A stretch of 64,000 nt of DNA, from positions 16,182,001-16,246,000 of the forward strand of contig CM052850.1 in assembly GCA_028534125.1 (NCBI GenBank), written 5' to 3'. This stretch comes from Lama glama. Lineage: Eukaryota. Shown here piece by piece: positions 30,401-43,260 of the stretch; positions within the stretch are counted from its first letter, which is position 1, and each line of letters begins with the position of its first letter. The notes under the pieces are model-generated. The model had not been told where the DNA came from and searched no databases. It worked only from the letters and a program-made list of their open reading frames with translations. Made by a program: the position numbers and the translations under genes.

Positions 30401-33400
30401 TGGATCTGATCATCCAAAGCTGCAATCAGGTTTATGATGGGCCTGCAGCCCCCTGAGGTCACAGGGATGAGACCCTTGGACTATAACAGGGTCTCTGGTT
30501 TCACAGGCCATGTCTTCAGCATGCTCCATGACAACTCAAAGCAATGTGTGGGTCTGAATGGACCTGGGAGCACCTCTCGCCATGTCATGGCTCCTGTGAT
30601 GGCTCACGTGGATCCCGAGGAGCCCTGGTCCCCCTGCAGCGCTCACTTCATCACCGACTTCCTGGACAATGGCTACGGTAAGCAGACAGCACTCCCCTTT
30701 CCCTGTGCAGGACTCAGTCCCTGGCCCTCTCTGTACCCTCTCCTCTGCCACATTCCACATGGACTCCCTCAAAATTGACTCCCTCAAGTGTGCTTCCTTT
30801 GCAGTGTGGGATGGGGTGCGAAATGCCGCTGTCTTTGTGTGGTCCCCACTCGCTCTCTGAACCAATAGGACAGCTAAGGGAAGCAAGTTTTGGCTCAACA
30901 GATTTAGAACTGACCTTCTGAGAGCCAGAACTGTCCAACAGTAGAATGGGCTAGCTGTAAAAGCGGTGACTGCCTTGTCACTCAAGGTGTGCAAGCCTGG
31001 CAGGATGACTACTACTGAGCAGGGATGTTGATGAGAAGCAGACTCAAGAATTCTGTTGTTAGTTAGAATATGTAGGAAGACTCAGTGCTTTGAGTTCCTA
31101 TCCTGATCCTGTTCTTTAGATGTGTGTAGATGCGTGGCTGTGAGTAAGTGACTTTACCTCTGTGTAGCTGATCTGTAAAACAGGCATAATAATAATAACA
31201 ACCATAATTACCTCATAGATGTTGACCATGATTAAATGAGATGCTGTTGGTCAAGCATTTAGCCAACACAATCACATAATAAGCATCCACTAAACTGTAG
31301 CTGCTATTTAAAGCTTCTTCCAGCTCTAGGACGGGATTTTAGGATTCATCAAGCCCCAGGGAGCCCAAGGTTTCAGCTGGCAATCAGCTGGCACCCCTTC
31401 AGCCAACTGCTGACTTNNNNNNNNNNNNNNNNNNNNNNNNNNNNNNNNNNNNNNNNNNNNNNNNNNNNNNNNNNNNNNNNNNNNNNNNNNNNNNNNNNNN
31501 NNNNNNNNNNNNNNNNNNNNNNNNNNNNNNNNNNNNNNNNNNNNNNNNCGCCATTGTCCGCAGCTGCCGCCGCCCTGTGTTGCCCTCTGGTGCTCTGGCC
31601 ATCTCAACGGCCATGCCATGTGCCAGACCAAGCATTCACCCTGGGCTGATGGTACCCCCTGTGGGCCTTCACAGGCCTGTATGGGTGGCCGCTGCCTCCA
31701 CATGGACCAGCTCCAGGACTTCAATGTGAGATCCCAGGGCAAGAGTGGAGCAGAGGGCCTCAGGGAGTGAGGACTGGCCCCAAGCCGAGGGAGTATTTAT
31801 CCCACTCTTCCATTCTGTCTTTCTGTAGATCCCACAGGCTGGTGGCTGGGGTCCCTGGGGATCGTGGGGTGACTGCTCTCGGACCTGTGGGGGTGGTGTC
31901 CAGTTCTCTTCCCGGGACTGCACGCGGCCCATCCCCCGGAATGGTGGCAAGTACTGTGAGGGCCGCCGTACCCGCTTCCGTTCCTGCAATACCCAGGACT
32001 GCCCAACTGGCTCAGGTGAGGAGAGGGAGGGATGAGAGCCCTTGGGAGGGATTGGTAGAACAAAGAATTGTCCCTTGAGTTCAAGGACCAAGGAGGTGTT
32101 GACTGTCCCTGCTGTTGAGGGTAGTGACTTTACCCTTCAGGAACCTTTCCTGGCAGTCTGTGGGGAAGAGAGGTGCCATGCTGTCCAGGGGTCTGAGAGG
32201 CTAGATGGAGGGGCTGGAGAGGGCAGTGGAAAGAGAGAAGGGCTCTGACTGTCCATTTTAACCCTACAGCATTGACCTTCCGTGAAGAGCAGTGTGCTGC
32301 CTACAACCACCGCACTGACCTCTTCAAGAACTTCCCAGGGCCCATGGACTGGGTCCCTCGCTACACGGGTGTGGCCCCCCGGGACCAGTGCAAACTCACC
32401 TGCCAGGCCCAGGCACTGGGCTACTACTATGTGCTAAAGCCACGGGTAAGGGCCCCCAGATCCTGTCTGTGCTCACACACTGCCCAACAAGCCCTCTACT
32501 TTTTGATTGCAAAGATCCAAAACAGCAGCATTGCTGGCATTCCCACAGCCACGCCCAGCCAGCCTAGGGGCCCACTCAGACTTCTTTGTCCATGGGTATT
32601 TGGAAAACAAGCCCTAGACTTCAGATAAGTTGCCAGTTTGGCAGCTCTAGCCTGTCCCATTCCCCTTGGTTTCTTTTTCTCTGTCTCCCCATCTTCCAGT
32701 GCTCCATTCATGAGAATGAAATTGTGTGGCCTTTTGGGCAAGTCTTTGACCCTCTTTCCATGGGCTCTTCTGTCAAATTACAGTGGTAGCCTCAATGAGC
32801 TTATGGTTGGCCAGTCCCTCACTGAACAGGCCTCTTGGAGACAGTGATGTCCCTGCACTCCCTCTCTGTGGTAGGGCCGTAGGTTGAGGCTGAAGAAGGA
32901 ACAAGCCTAGCAGTTTTGCAGCCTTCACCCCATCCTGGGTAGAATGCCTATAGGTTGGCTGCCCTCTAGCGTCCAGCCAGGATGGTACCACCAAAGTTTA
33001 GGGCTTGGTGTTGGGACTCAGACCTGCAATTGGCGTGTTGGCTTCTCCACTTGCCAGCTGTGTACCTTTGGGCAAGCTCCTAATCTTTTCTAAACCTCAG
33101 GGTTCCATCTCTACAAACCTCAAATAGTGGTTGTGAGGTTTAGATAGCATTTAGCACAGTGCCTAATTCATACTGAGTGCTCTGAAAATGGTGGCTTTTA
33201 CCATTATCATTATGATTATCATCCCTTACAGTGGCTAGGGTTCCCTCCACAGTCCATCCACTTCCCCTCTCTGATAAGATAATGGTCTTGTTTGGCTTAC
33301 CAACCCCTTTTGACTCAAGAAGACCCTTTGCATCACTCCTTCTCTCTTCCTCAGGTCGTAGATGGGACCCCCTGTTCCCCAGACAGCTCCTCGGTCTGTG

Positions 33401-34406
33401 TCCAGGGCCGCTGCATCCATGCCGGCTGTGACCACATTATTGGCTCCAAAAAGAAGTTTGACAGATGTATGGTGTGCGGTGGGGATGGTTCTAGCTGCAG
33501 CAAGCAGTCTGGCTCCTTCAGAAAATTCAGGTTCATTCACTGTTTCCTCCTCTCATCTTCCTGGACATTATTCTGGGCCCTGGGTTACAGAGGTGAACTC
33601 AGCACTGTTTAGCCTCTCAAAGAGCTTAGCTACAGTCTAGTGGGGGAGACAGATAAGTAAGCAGTTGTAGCACAGTGTGCCACCTGTTCAGAGGTGTCAG
33701 CCTGGGCTGCTGTGAGGGCCCTTGTGGGCATCAGGGAAGGCTTCTGCAGGAAGTGACTTCCCTCCTGGAGGAAGAGTACAAATTGGACAGGCACCAAGGG
33801 GCAGCAGGTCTAAAGGCCCAGAGATAAGAGGGAGAAGGGCACGTTTGCAAGTAGCTCAGATCTAGGCTGGACAGATTATATCTGCACACACATATACACA
33901 CATATAATCATACAAACGGCTCAGAAAGGCTGAGAGGATTCAGGAAGATGCTGAGTTCCCCTCTACTCCTTCTACACAGGTACGGATACAACGATGTGGT
34001 CACTATCCCAGCAGGAGCCACCCACATCCTGGTCCGGCAGCAGGGAACCCCTGGTCTCCGGAGCCTCTACATGGCCCTGAAGCTCCCAGATGGCTCCTAT
34101 GCCCTCAATGGTGAATATACGCTGATACCCTCCGCCACAGACGTGGTACTGCCGGGGGCCGTCAGCTTGCGCTACAGCGGGGCCACTGCAGACTCAGAGA
34201 CACTGTCAGGCCATGGGCCCCTGGCCCAGCCCTTAACGCTGCAGGTCCTGGTGGCTGGCAACCCCCAGAACGCACGCCTCCGGTACAGCTTCTTCGTGCC
34301 CAGGCCAGCCCCTTCGACGCCACGGCCCACGCCCCAGGACTGGATGCACCGCAAGGCGCAAATTCTGGAGATCCTCCGGCGGCGTTCCTGGACGGGCAGG
34401 AAATAA
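27488..34406 (+). CDS. ADAMTS4: Aggrecanase-1 (ADAMTS4), about 837 aa
   Basis: Exons 27488-28120, 29240-29563, 29813-29945, 30507-30677, (start in gap 31417-31548)-31725, 31829-32015, 32270-32445, 33355-33530, 33980-34406. Features: signal peptide, PMCNV cysteine switch, RRAKR furin site, [12 protein letters not shown] zinc motif, TSP1 [17 protein letters not shown], spacer ending WTGRK*. Confidence 0.97.
29585..29675. mobile_element. Small palindromic hAT MITE, MER91-like, in ADAMTS4 intron 2
   Basis: Imperfect inverted arms ACTCCAAGAAGCACCA..CATCA / TGATGTAAATGGTGCCTCTGGAGT. Family name from recall. Confidence 0.45.
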
Positions 34407-34831
34407 CCTCACCATCCCGGCTGCCCTTCCTGGGCACCGGGGCCTCGAACTTAGCTGGGAAAAAGAGGAGGCTCTGCAGCTGCCTCACGCGGAGACACAG
34501 TGGGAGAGGGGCTGTGAGGGTGAGCCCCGCCCCCTTCTCTGCCCTGATGCGCAGGCTGGCCCTGCCCTGGTTTCCTGCCCTGGACGGCAGTGATAGGTGG
34601 AAGGGGCTGGGAGACAGTCCCCTATCTAAACTGCCCCCTCTGCCCTGCTGGTCACAGGAGGGAGGGGGAAGGCAGGGTGGGCCCCAATTGTATTTATTTA
34701 GTATTTATTCACTTTTATTTAGCACCAGGGAAGGGGATGAGGGCTAGGGTCCTGGGGAAACTGACTGCCTGCCCTCAGGGCCCTCACCCCAGCTAGGAAA
34801 TCCAGGGTGGTACTGATAGGTGCAAGTGATC

Positions 34832-34857
34832 TGTGTGTGTGTATGTGTGTGAGAAAA

Positions 34858-34897
<40 letters not shown>
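34832..34897 (+). repeat. Compound (TG)n microsatellite in the ADAMTS4 3' UTR
   Basis: Interrupted TG run 34832-34851 and a perfect GT run of about 18 units at 34861-34897. Confidence 0.95.
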
Positions 34898-34901
<4 letters not shown>

Positions 34902-36773
34902 TCATCCTGCCCAGCTTTCCTCTCTCTGAATTTTATTTTCTGGGAAAGGAATATTTTCAGGGAGTAAGGGATTATCATGTTTTTTAAATATAAATTGAAT
35001 TCTGCTATTTATATGCTCCTTTTGGAGTCAGACAAATGTGGGTTGCACCCTGGCTCCACATCTCTGAACATTTGTTTCCTCATTTGACAATAATAATACC
35101 TCCCTTGTAAGGATTAAATAATGTAAATAAAGAACTAGCATAATGCCTCGCACTTGGCAAGTGCTCAACAAATGGCAGCTGCTGTCAGTTATTATCACCA
35201 CCCTACTGTCCACCTCCACCGTCCATGGCGTCTGCAGTGCATTTGGAGGTGGCAGAGACCTGTGTCACTGGTGCCTGCCCTTACCCCCAGGCTCAGTTCC
35301 TTTGGTTGGGAGAACCCTAGCCTGGATTCCGAGGGACTGTGAGTGAAAGGACGATTCTGTCCCTGATCTCTGGAGTCTCCCAACCACACGGAGATGGAAG
35401 TGTAATAAACACTTGGCTACAAACACGATTTATAAGAACATGAAGGTGCAAAGATAACAACAACAACGACTTTAATACAAACAAGTGCTTAGTAATGAAA
35501 GTTCTAGTTGAGGGGATTTGGTGGTGGGGAGCTGTCGCAGAAGGAGCCAATGTGTCTGAATCTGAGTTGGGGTTCAGCATCTTATTAGCTGGTAGTGTTG
35601 GGTAAGTCACGGATGCTGAGTCTTAGGTTGTCCATATGTGCAAGGGGGGCTAAAAATAGGACCTGTTCCCACAGGGTTGTTCTAAACAAGTGTTACAGTA
35701 TTTTCAAAATAGTGGAGGCTGTATCCGAGTGAGAGGTTACCCTCCTAACTACTGAGTGACTGGCTCAGGGTCCCCAGAATCAAACAGTGTAAACCCAGCA
35801 GACTTCTTTGAAGATGCAAGGTTAGAATGGAATTTAATAAGAGGAGTAGGGGATAGGAAGTGGGGAAAAAAAGGCACAGAGAAGGAATTAAGATGAGGGG
35901 GAGCCAGCTGTTCAGTGGTGGCAAAACACCTGAAGGGCAGAAGCTGCTAGAAACAGCTCTACTTTTCCTTCTGAGCAGGTGAATTTCCTTAAGAAAGAAC
36001 TTGGGCAGTCCTGTGTGTGTCATGGAGGGAACAGTGTTGGACAAGGGTGGCAGGTGGTTCCTGCAAGAATTTGTAGTCCTGAGTGGCAGTAGCAGGACTG
36101 CTAGGGATTGGGAAGGGCTAAATGTGAAGGTGAGGGAGGATCTATAGGTAAAGAAGACTTTGAGGTAGGAATGGAAGAGGGGACATGGGAGAACTAGAAG
36201 TGCTCCACTCTGCTGTCATAGCTCTTAGCTGGGCTGCCAAACATTGCTTGGGCTCTGGTGCTGGGGCTAGGAGGTTAAGATAGGCCATGGAGAATATAGT
36301 GGTTGTGTGCACTATGCTCACTGGAGCTGGGCTTTGCTGATGAAGTTCTATACCAGGCAGTGTCCTACACAGTTCTGTGACTTTATACCACCCAGCATGG
36401 CACTTACTCTCTTGGCAGCCCTGGGAACGGGGCCACCCCCTACTCTGCTTAGCCTCTTCTCTTCAGTCTGCATGGCCCCTACTGCTGTGCTGGGGCCCTG
36501 GCCCTTCCTCCTGTCTTCCTACCAGCCAGGCTAGAGGAGGAAGAAACAGGAGAGTGGGACAAGGCCAGAGTGATCTTCAGCTGTTTCATCTAATTAACAA
36601 AATTGGGCCCTCAGTAACACGGTTACAGACCTTAATACTATGAACTCATGGTACAGTATGCAGAGCTCTGTGCTGAGTAGATGTGAGGCTACAAACACAA
36701 ACAATATGACTAAAGATGCTCACTGCAATCTGGGGGAAGGTTTTGTACCCAAAGAGAAAGAATGGACAATACA

Positions 36774-37251
<478 letters not shown>

Positions 37252-39763
37252 AAAGAATGGACAGTACAAAGAACTGTATGATGAGGGTAAATTGTACTGT
37301 GTAGAGACCAAACCCTGGGCTTAATGGGCTATGAGGGTTAAGGCGACTGAGTCTTGGGCTGGGCCTTGAGGAACAGGTAATCATGATAGCCCTTCTTATG
37401 TTTCTTTAGTGCTCAGGGTAATTCACACTTTGTAAATCACTTCCACACATATATCTTAAGGGAAAGCCCTTTACTCACTGAGTAGGGTTCTGACTGCCAT
37501 GAATAAGATTTTCCTAGAGGCCACCTGTGTGATTAGGGTGGATGGGTGGTGGTTCACAATGAAAGAGGAGACAAGAGAGAGACAGCGCCTCAAAGAGAGG
37601 TGATGGGCATCCTGGTCCTAAATCCCAAGTGAGGCCTAACCCCTTTCTGGAATGTTCTGACCCATACAACCCTTCCCAGACCCAGGCTATAGCCTGCCTA
37701 ATATCCTGATGTCAGGGGTCCAACAAGTTCTTGCTATGGATGTGGGGAGTGCATACATCCCTGCAAAAGCCAAGATGAGCTCTGTCTCCCCGGTCTGTCT
37801 ACTTACTGCCTTCATGGCCCTGAGCTGAGGTGTATAAGCAGAAGCAGCAACAGGAATAACAGGAAGGAAGAAGGCACCGAGACAGTCCAAGTATCTGGTC
37901 CTTAAGGGAACAAGAGAGAACTGGAGAAAGAAGACTGTCAAGAGAGCAAGGGCCAGGTCCCTGGAGAAGTTCAAGCAGAGACAGACCACCATTTTATGTG
38001 ATGGCAAATGTGCCTGTGTGTTTGAGGTGGGGGAGGAGACTGAAGCAAAAACTGTGAGTTGGGCCAATTTCTTTAAGTTCTTTCTGTCCCCTAGATTCTC
38101 TGCTTCTGTGGTCAGAGCAGAGGAAATCTGGGCACTTATCCAACCACTATTTTTGTGGTAGGGGTGGGAGAGCCAGCATTTCTGGGGGAGCTGTGGAATG
38201 AGCTACTCGTTTACACTTCTACTCCATCTCTAGCCCCACTTCTTTAATCTCTATATAGTATTAAAGTATTTTGTTTTCTAAAATATCAGATTGACAGTAA
38301 GTGACAAAACCAGCACCTCATTGGTCAGGTTGTGTGGGGGAGGAAGGGGGAAGAAAGTGGAATTTAATGTATTAACATTTTGTTGGCTAAAAGGATGTTT
38401 CTGAACAAATTGAACACCTTCTCCATTGACTATTGCTGGGGGGAAGCCAAACTCATTGGCAGCAAGAGGAACCAGCTGACAGCTGGGGGAAACCACCAGT
38501 TCTAAAAATGCTCAAAAAGAAGTGGGGGAGGGGAGGGGCAGCAACAATACTGTACAATTTCCTCAGACAAGACCTTATATGGGAATAGGCCCAGAGTACC
38601 TAAGTAGCTTTAGGAAGGAAAGGGAGGGAAGGAAGTAGATTTAAGGCATCCCTCACAGCCTTTGGGCAATGAGCAACAGGTCCTACAAACCCAGTAATAT
38701 ATAAGTACACAGTGACACACATTGACATATATGTGTCCAACTTTGTAGAGATATATTAGCATATTCTCTTGATAATGTAGAGGTGATAAGTAAGCATTGA
38801 GAAGCTGGAAATACGAGAATTGGGGCCTGAAAATGGGTCAGAGGAAATATATTAATTGACCTAATTTCCCAATGAGAATGAACAGTTCATCCCATTTATT
38901 TGTTAAATAAGCCATGAAGTTATAAATGAGAATCAGATCATGTTCTCACAGTATCTGAAAAGGACACAGATTTTTGGAGTCAGACTGAATCTAAGATTTG
39001 CAATAGCTGAGATGTAATGATGTAATCTTAAACTACTTGATCTCTGGGAGCCTCAGTTTCTTTACCTATGAAATGGGTATACTACTACCTGCCTTTTAGA
39101 GAGGTTGTCAGAATTTAAGAATATAATGATGTAAATGCTTGGCCCTGTGTCTGGCTTCTAGTAAGTGTCAATACATGTTGATTCTCTTCCCCTCAAATCT
39201 CTTCCTTTCGCTGTCCACTTCCCACTCCTGCATTAGCATTAGAAAATAATTATACCAAGGAACTTTCTAGGTCAGATGTATGATGGTTTCTTTTGTAGAG
39301 TTTGTGCCAAAAATTCTGGATTACATTCAGTGTTGAAAAAAGGGAAGGCAAGGTCTCCGTCCTCAGAGAGTACACAGTCTGGTGGTTGAGACAGTCAGTA
39401 AGACAAAAATTCCAGAACTGAGTTCTAGGTACCATGAGTGAAGGGGCATAAAATATGGGATCATAGAAGTGTTCCCGGAGGAAGTGTCTGCCTCCCTTCT
39501 AGAAGTAAGCTGTAAGACCTCCTGGTGAGTAGGATAATAGTGGAAGAAGAATTTCTGCTTGCTGGGTCAGCTCCTGGGCTCTTCTCTGTTATGCAAAATC
39601 AAAGTCAACTGAACAAACTTGAAGCTGGAGGATAGTACTGTAAGGAGCTGAGTAGGGTTAGAAAGGGTAGTTTTGGGGAGAAGCTACCATCTAGGTGGAA
39701 AATCTGGAGTGGAAGAAAGAGGATTTTAAAGACCCTGGACTGTGCATTAAAAGTGCTCCTTTT

Positions 39764-39904
39764 GGAGAGGGTATAGCTCAAGTGGTAGAGGACATGCATC
39801 CTTAGCACGCATGAGGTCTGGGTTCAATCCCCGGTACCTCCATTAAATACATAAATAAATAAATAAACCTAATTACCTCCCTCCCCCCAATGATAATAAT
39901 TTTT
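39764..39904 (+). mobile_element. tRNA-derived SINE (Vic-1-like), full length
   Basis: GGGTATAGCTCAAGTGGTAGAG, GGGTTCAATCCCCGG, (AAAT)n ACCTAATT tail; perfect 13-bp TSD AAGTGCTCCTTTT at 39751-39763 and 39905-39917. Confidence 0.9.
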
Positions 39905-40742
39905 AAGTGCTCCTTTTAGTGCCTCCCCCCTCCCTTTCCCCTTCCCCATGCCTCTGATGTTTCCTTGAGTAACTGAGGTAGAGATTTAAATTATTTTAAA
40001 TTAGTTTTTTATTACTAGACAGGGTTTCTTCTATTATGTTGTGTGTCATGACTGGGCCTCTAGGGGCCTCAGGATTTATTCAGAATATAGAAAGACAGGA
40101 TGTTGTGGTGGAAACCAGCAAATTAGAATTTACGTTTTCAAGAACATAGCAGTTCTAGGTGATGATTAAGCCCAGGGTGTGGCCAGGGTGAAAAGGAGTA
40201 GAAATGAAGGTTCTTGAAAATAGGGAGCTTACAAATGAATGCAGGGTAGTTTTCAGCAGTTGGTAGATAGAGATGGGGGATAGAAGGTGAAGGTCAGTTT
40301 TATAAGAATAGACACCATGGAGGAGCAGAGGCTAAGAGGGAGGATCCTCTAGGAGAACATTTCAATTTTCTGTGTAAGTCTGTCTTTTCTACTACATAAC
40401 ACAGTGAGACCCTCAAAAAAAAAAAAAAATCAGGACTTTTACTTGGCTCCTACTTTGTCCTCAAAATTAAAACTATTAAAATATATGCTGTCTGCTGGCC
40501 CTTTTCCATAATTGTCAGTAATTATTACAAAACTCCTTAAGTAAGATGGGGTTCACTATACACATGAAACCCAGAGAGTATATTGCTCAACATCATCCTG
40601 CCAGNNNNNNNNNNNNNNNNNNNNNNNNNNNNNNNNNNNNNNNNNNNNNNNNNNNNNNNNNNNNNNNNNNNNNNNNNNNNNNNNNNNNNNNNNNNNNNNN
40701 NNNNNNNNNNNNNNNNNNNNNNNNNNNNNNNNNNNNNNNNNN

Positions 40743-40852
40743 ATCAGGTTTATTTACTTATTTATTTATTTAACAGGTGGCACTGAGAATTGAACCCAGG
40801 ACCTTGTGCATGCTAGGAATGCATTCTACCACTGAGATATACCCTACACACC
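40743..40852 (-). mobile_element. tRNA-derived SINE (Vic-1-like), tail runs into an N gap
   Basis: AATTGAACCCAGGACCTTGTGCATGCTAGG...CTACCACTGAGATATACCC matches the other three copies. Confidence 0.8.
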
Positions 40853-41529
40853 CTGCTATTTTCCCCAAACCCAGTATTATCTAATTTTGAGCCTCCAGTC
40901 ACCTCAAACTCATTAAGTCCAAAGCTTAACTTGTCATCTCTACTATTTCCCTCAAACATGCCTCTTCTAAGTTTTGTTTCTTATTAAATGTTGCCACCAT
41001 CCACCCAGTGGTCCACGTTAGAAATCTGGGAGTCATCTTGAAGTCTTCTAACTTCCTGACTTGGCATATCTGGTCAGTCACTAAGTCCTCTTTGCCTCCT
41101 GTAAGTTCTTAAAGGGGTCCACTTCCCTCTCATCCCAATGATATTACCTTATTTTCAGCTTCAACTCACTCCTGGATTTCTGCAGTAACCTCCTAAATAG
41201 GTCCCAGCTTCCAATCTTAACCACTCCAGTAATGCTCCATATTTCCACCAGAGTAAACTTTCTAAAGTTCTGATCATACCACTCTCTGTTTAGAGGACTT
41301 TAATGCCTTCCTCTTGCCTTCAGGATAAAACCCAAATTCTTTCCATGTGGTTTGTGGAATCTCTCATTATCCAGCACCTATTTACCTCTCCAGTCTCATT
41401 TTTCACTATTCCTCTCACTCTATTGTTTAGCCTTACTGATTCATTTAAAAAATTTCCCCCATTCCCCAATTTTGTCCTCATTTCCACACTTTTGCACTAT
41501 AGTTGCCTCTGTCTAGAACATTATTCATC

Positions 41530-42194
41530 TGTTAAAAAATAATTTTCAGAAGAGAGTAAAATTATGACTCTCACACTGTTAAAGAAAAAAATTATTCTGA
41601 TAATTTAAAATGGTAAGAAAGACTTTATTTGGGACTACTGCAATAGGTGCCAAGACTATCCCAATCAGAGAGAGACTGTGTTCAACTCTGAATACAGTGA
41701 GGACAAGTAAATATTTATAGCCAATGAACAGAACTTGAGTCAGTGAATGGAAAATTACATGAAAGGTAGGGAGATTCTTGCTAAACCAACTTGGAATTCT
41801 TGCCAAAGGCAGGCCAGGGTGATCAGAAATTAATGGTGGTGGTGGGCATGGGGAGGGGACAGATTCTCACTAAACTGATTTCCCAGGATTCTTGCTAAAA
41901 ATGGCTACAGGCCCAAAGGTTAACTGTTGCAAAAGGGGGCTCAGGGGAGCCTGCCTAAAGTTTGGCCAAGGAGTTTTCGTCAATACCATATCAAAATGAA
42001 CACCTGTTAAAAGATTTTATTTAACTCATGAGGAAACCAGTAGATGTTATAACTGGTTCAAAAAAAAAATCTAAAGAACAGACACATTTACAGATCAGGA
42101 ATACAGAAACCAACATGAAAATAGAGGCAAACTATTTTTTCCACAATGTGGGGAGTGGGGAGCAAGTAGGGGTTGATTGAACCCCTATCTGACA
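41530..42194 (-). mobile_element. ERV1-class solo LTR (LTR37-like) interrupted by a second LTR
   Basis: On - it starts TGTCAGATAGGGGTTCAATCAACCCCTAC and ends ...TTAACA (TG...CA termini). It sits inside old L2-like sequence (about 40860-41529 and 42300-42490). Family from recall. Confidence 0.5.
41577..41982 (-). mobile_element. ERV1-class solo LTR (MER31-like) nested in the previous LTR
   Basis: On - it starts TGACGAAAACTCCTTGGCCAAACTTTAGGCAGGCTCC, has AATAAA near its 3' end (41624-41629) and ends TTTAACA; near-TSD ACAC/ATAC. Confidence 0.55.
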
Positions 42195-42899
42195 GGACAG
42201 AATTTCATGTGGATCAGTTACCTACACAGAGCTGTAAAATAGCTACATAGAAACAGACTCCTATAAAGCAGAAGGATAGCTAAGTCGTTCAGATTTCCCG
42301 TTAGCCATCACTTCTTCTGGAAAACCTTTCATGAACCTCCACTCGTGAATGAGGTGCAATTTCTGGACTATCATATTTATCACACTATATTGTTTACATC
42401 CCCCACCCGCCAACACATAAGACCATAAGGTTTTGAGGCAGAAACTGCAAGTAATTCAAGTTTCCTCGGTGTGAACATCTGTTTCTAAGGAGCACAGTAT
42501 GCAAAGTGGATGGTAGAAGCCACAAGATAAACATATTGCAAATTCATGAAGCGTCCATTTTCTGCTAATATCTGAGGAAACCCATTTTTACATTAAAGCA
42601 GAAGCTGCCCTTCCCTCCACACTGATTTTTTTCCTTGTTTTATTAACTAGCCGTTACAATTTCAAAGCCTGAGGGATACAAAAATGCGCCAGAGCATTCT
42701 GCAACGATGTACACTGAGCAAGAAACAACTTTGATACTAAGTGGCACTAGGTCGCAGGGGAAGCCACTGACACACTGGGAAGGGGTCTCAGCCCAGACTG
42801 GGGTGATTCGGGAACATCGGCCTCTTGGTCAGTCTTGGCACCAGGAAGGTCCTGGTTTGCGCTGCTGTTTTTACAAGTCTGAAGGGTGGTAAATGAAAC

Positions 42900-43260
42900 C
42901 CCACTAGAAGTCGGTCCGGTGGGGGTGAGCCCCCGAGCTACCTCCCGAGGGGTCGAGCCCCTCGCGGCCTGCGGCCTTGCCTCATCCGAACCCGGCTTGG
43001 CTTGGCCGCGCTCGGTCACCTGCCTCCCGGATGCCCTGCGCTCGGACCTGCGCTCCGCCGGCCCTGGGCGGCTCCACCCCAAGGCCCCGCCTCGTGACGC
43101 GAGGCCCCGCCCCCGCAGCGCCCGCTTCCAAGATGGCTGCAGCGGTGCCTGCCCGGCTGTCGGAGTGGCGGTGACGACGGGAAGCAGAAGACCAGGTATG
43201 TGGGCTGGGGATGGTGGGATGAGAGGCCCAGGAGAAAGGTTCGGGCGATCGGGAAGGTGA
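42900..43260 (+). promoter_or_regulatory. B4GALT3 CpG-island promoter and non-coding exon 1
   Basis: GC boxes CCCCGCCCC; TGACG half-CRE within inverted arms GCCTCG..CGAGGC (about 43089-43105); YY1-like CAAGATGGC at 43129-43137; donor AG/GTATG at 43195/43196. Confidence 0.7.

Noticed and set aside
39764-39845. tRNA-like sequence with A and B boxes
   Set aside because: It continues into an A-rich tail with TSDs and has dispersed diverged copies, so it is a SINE, not a tRNA gene.
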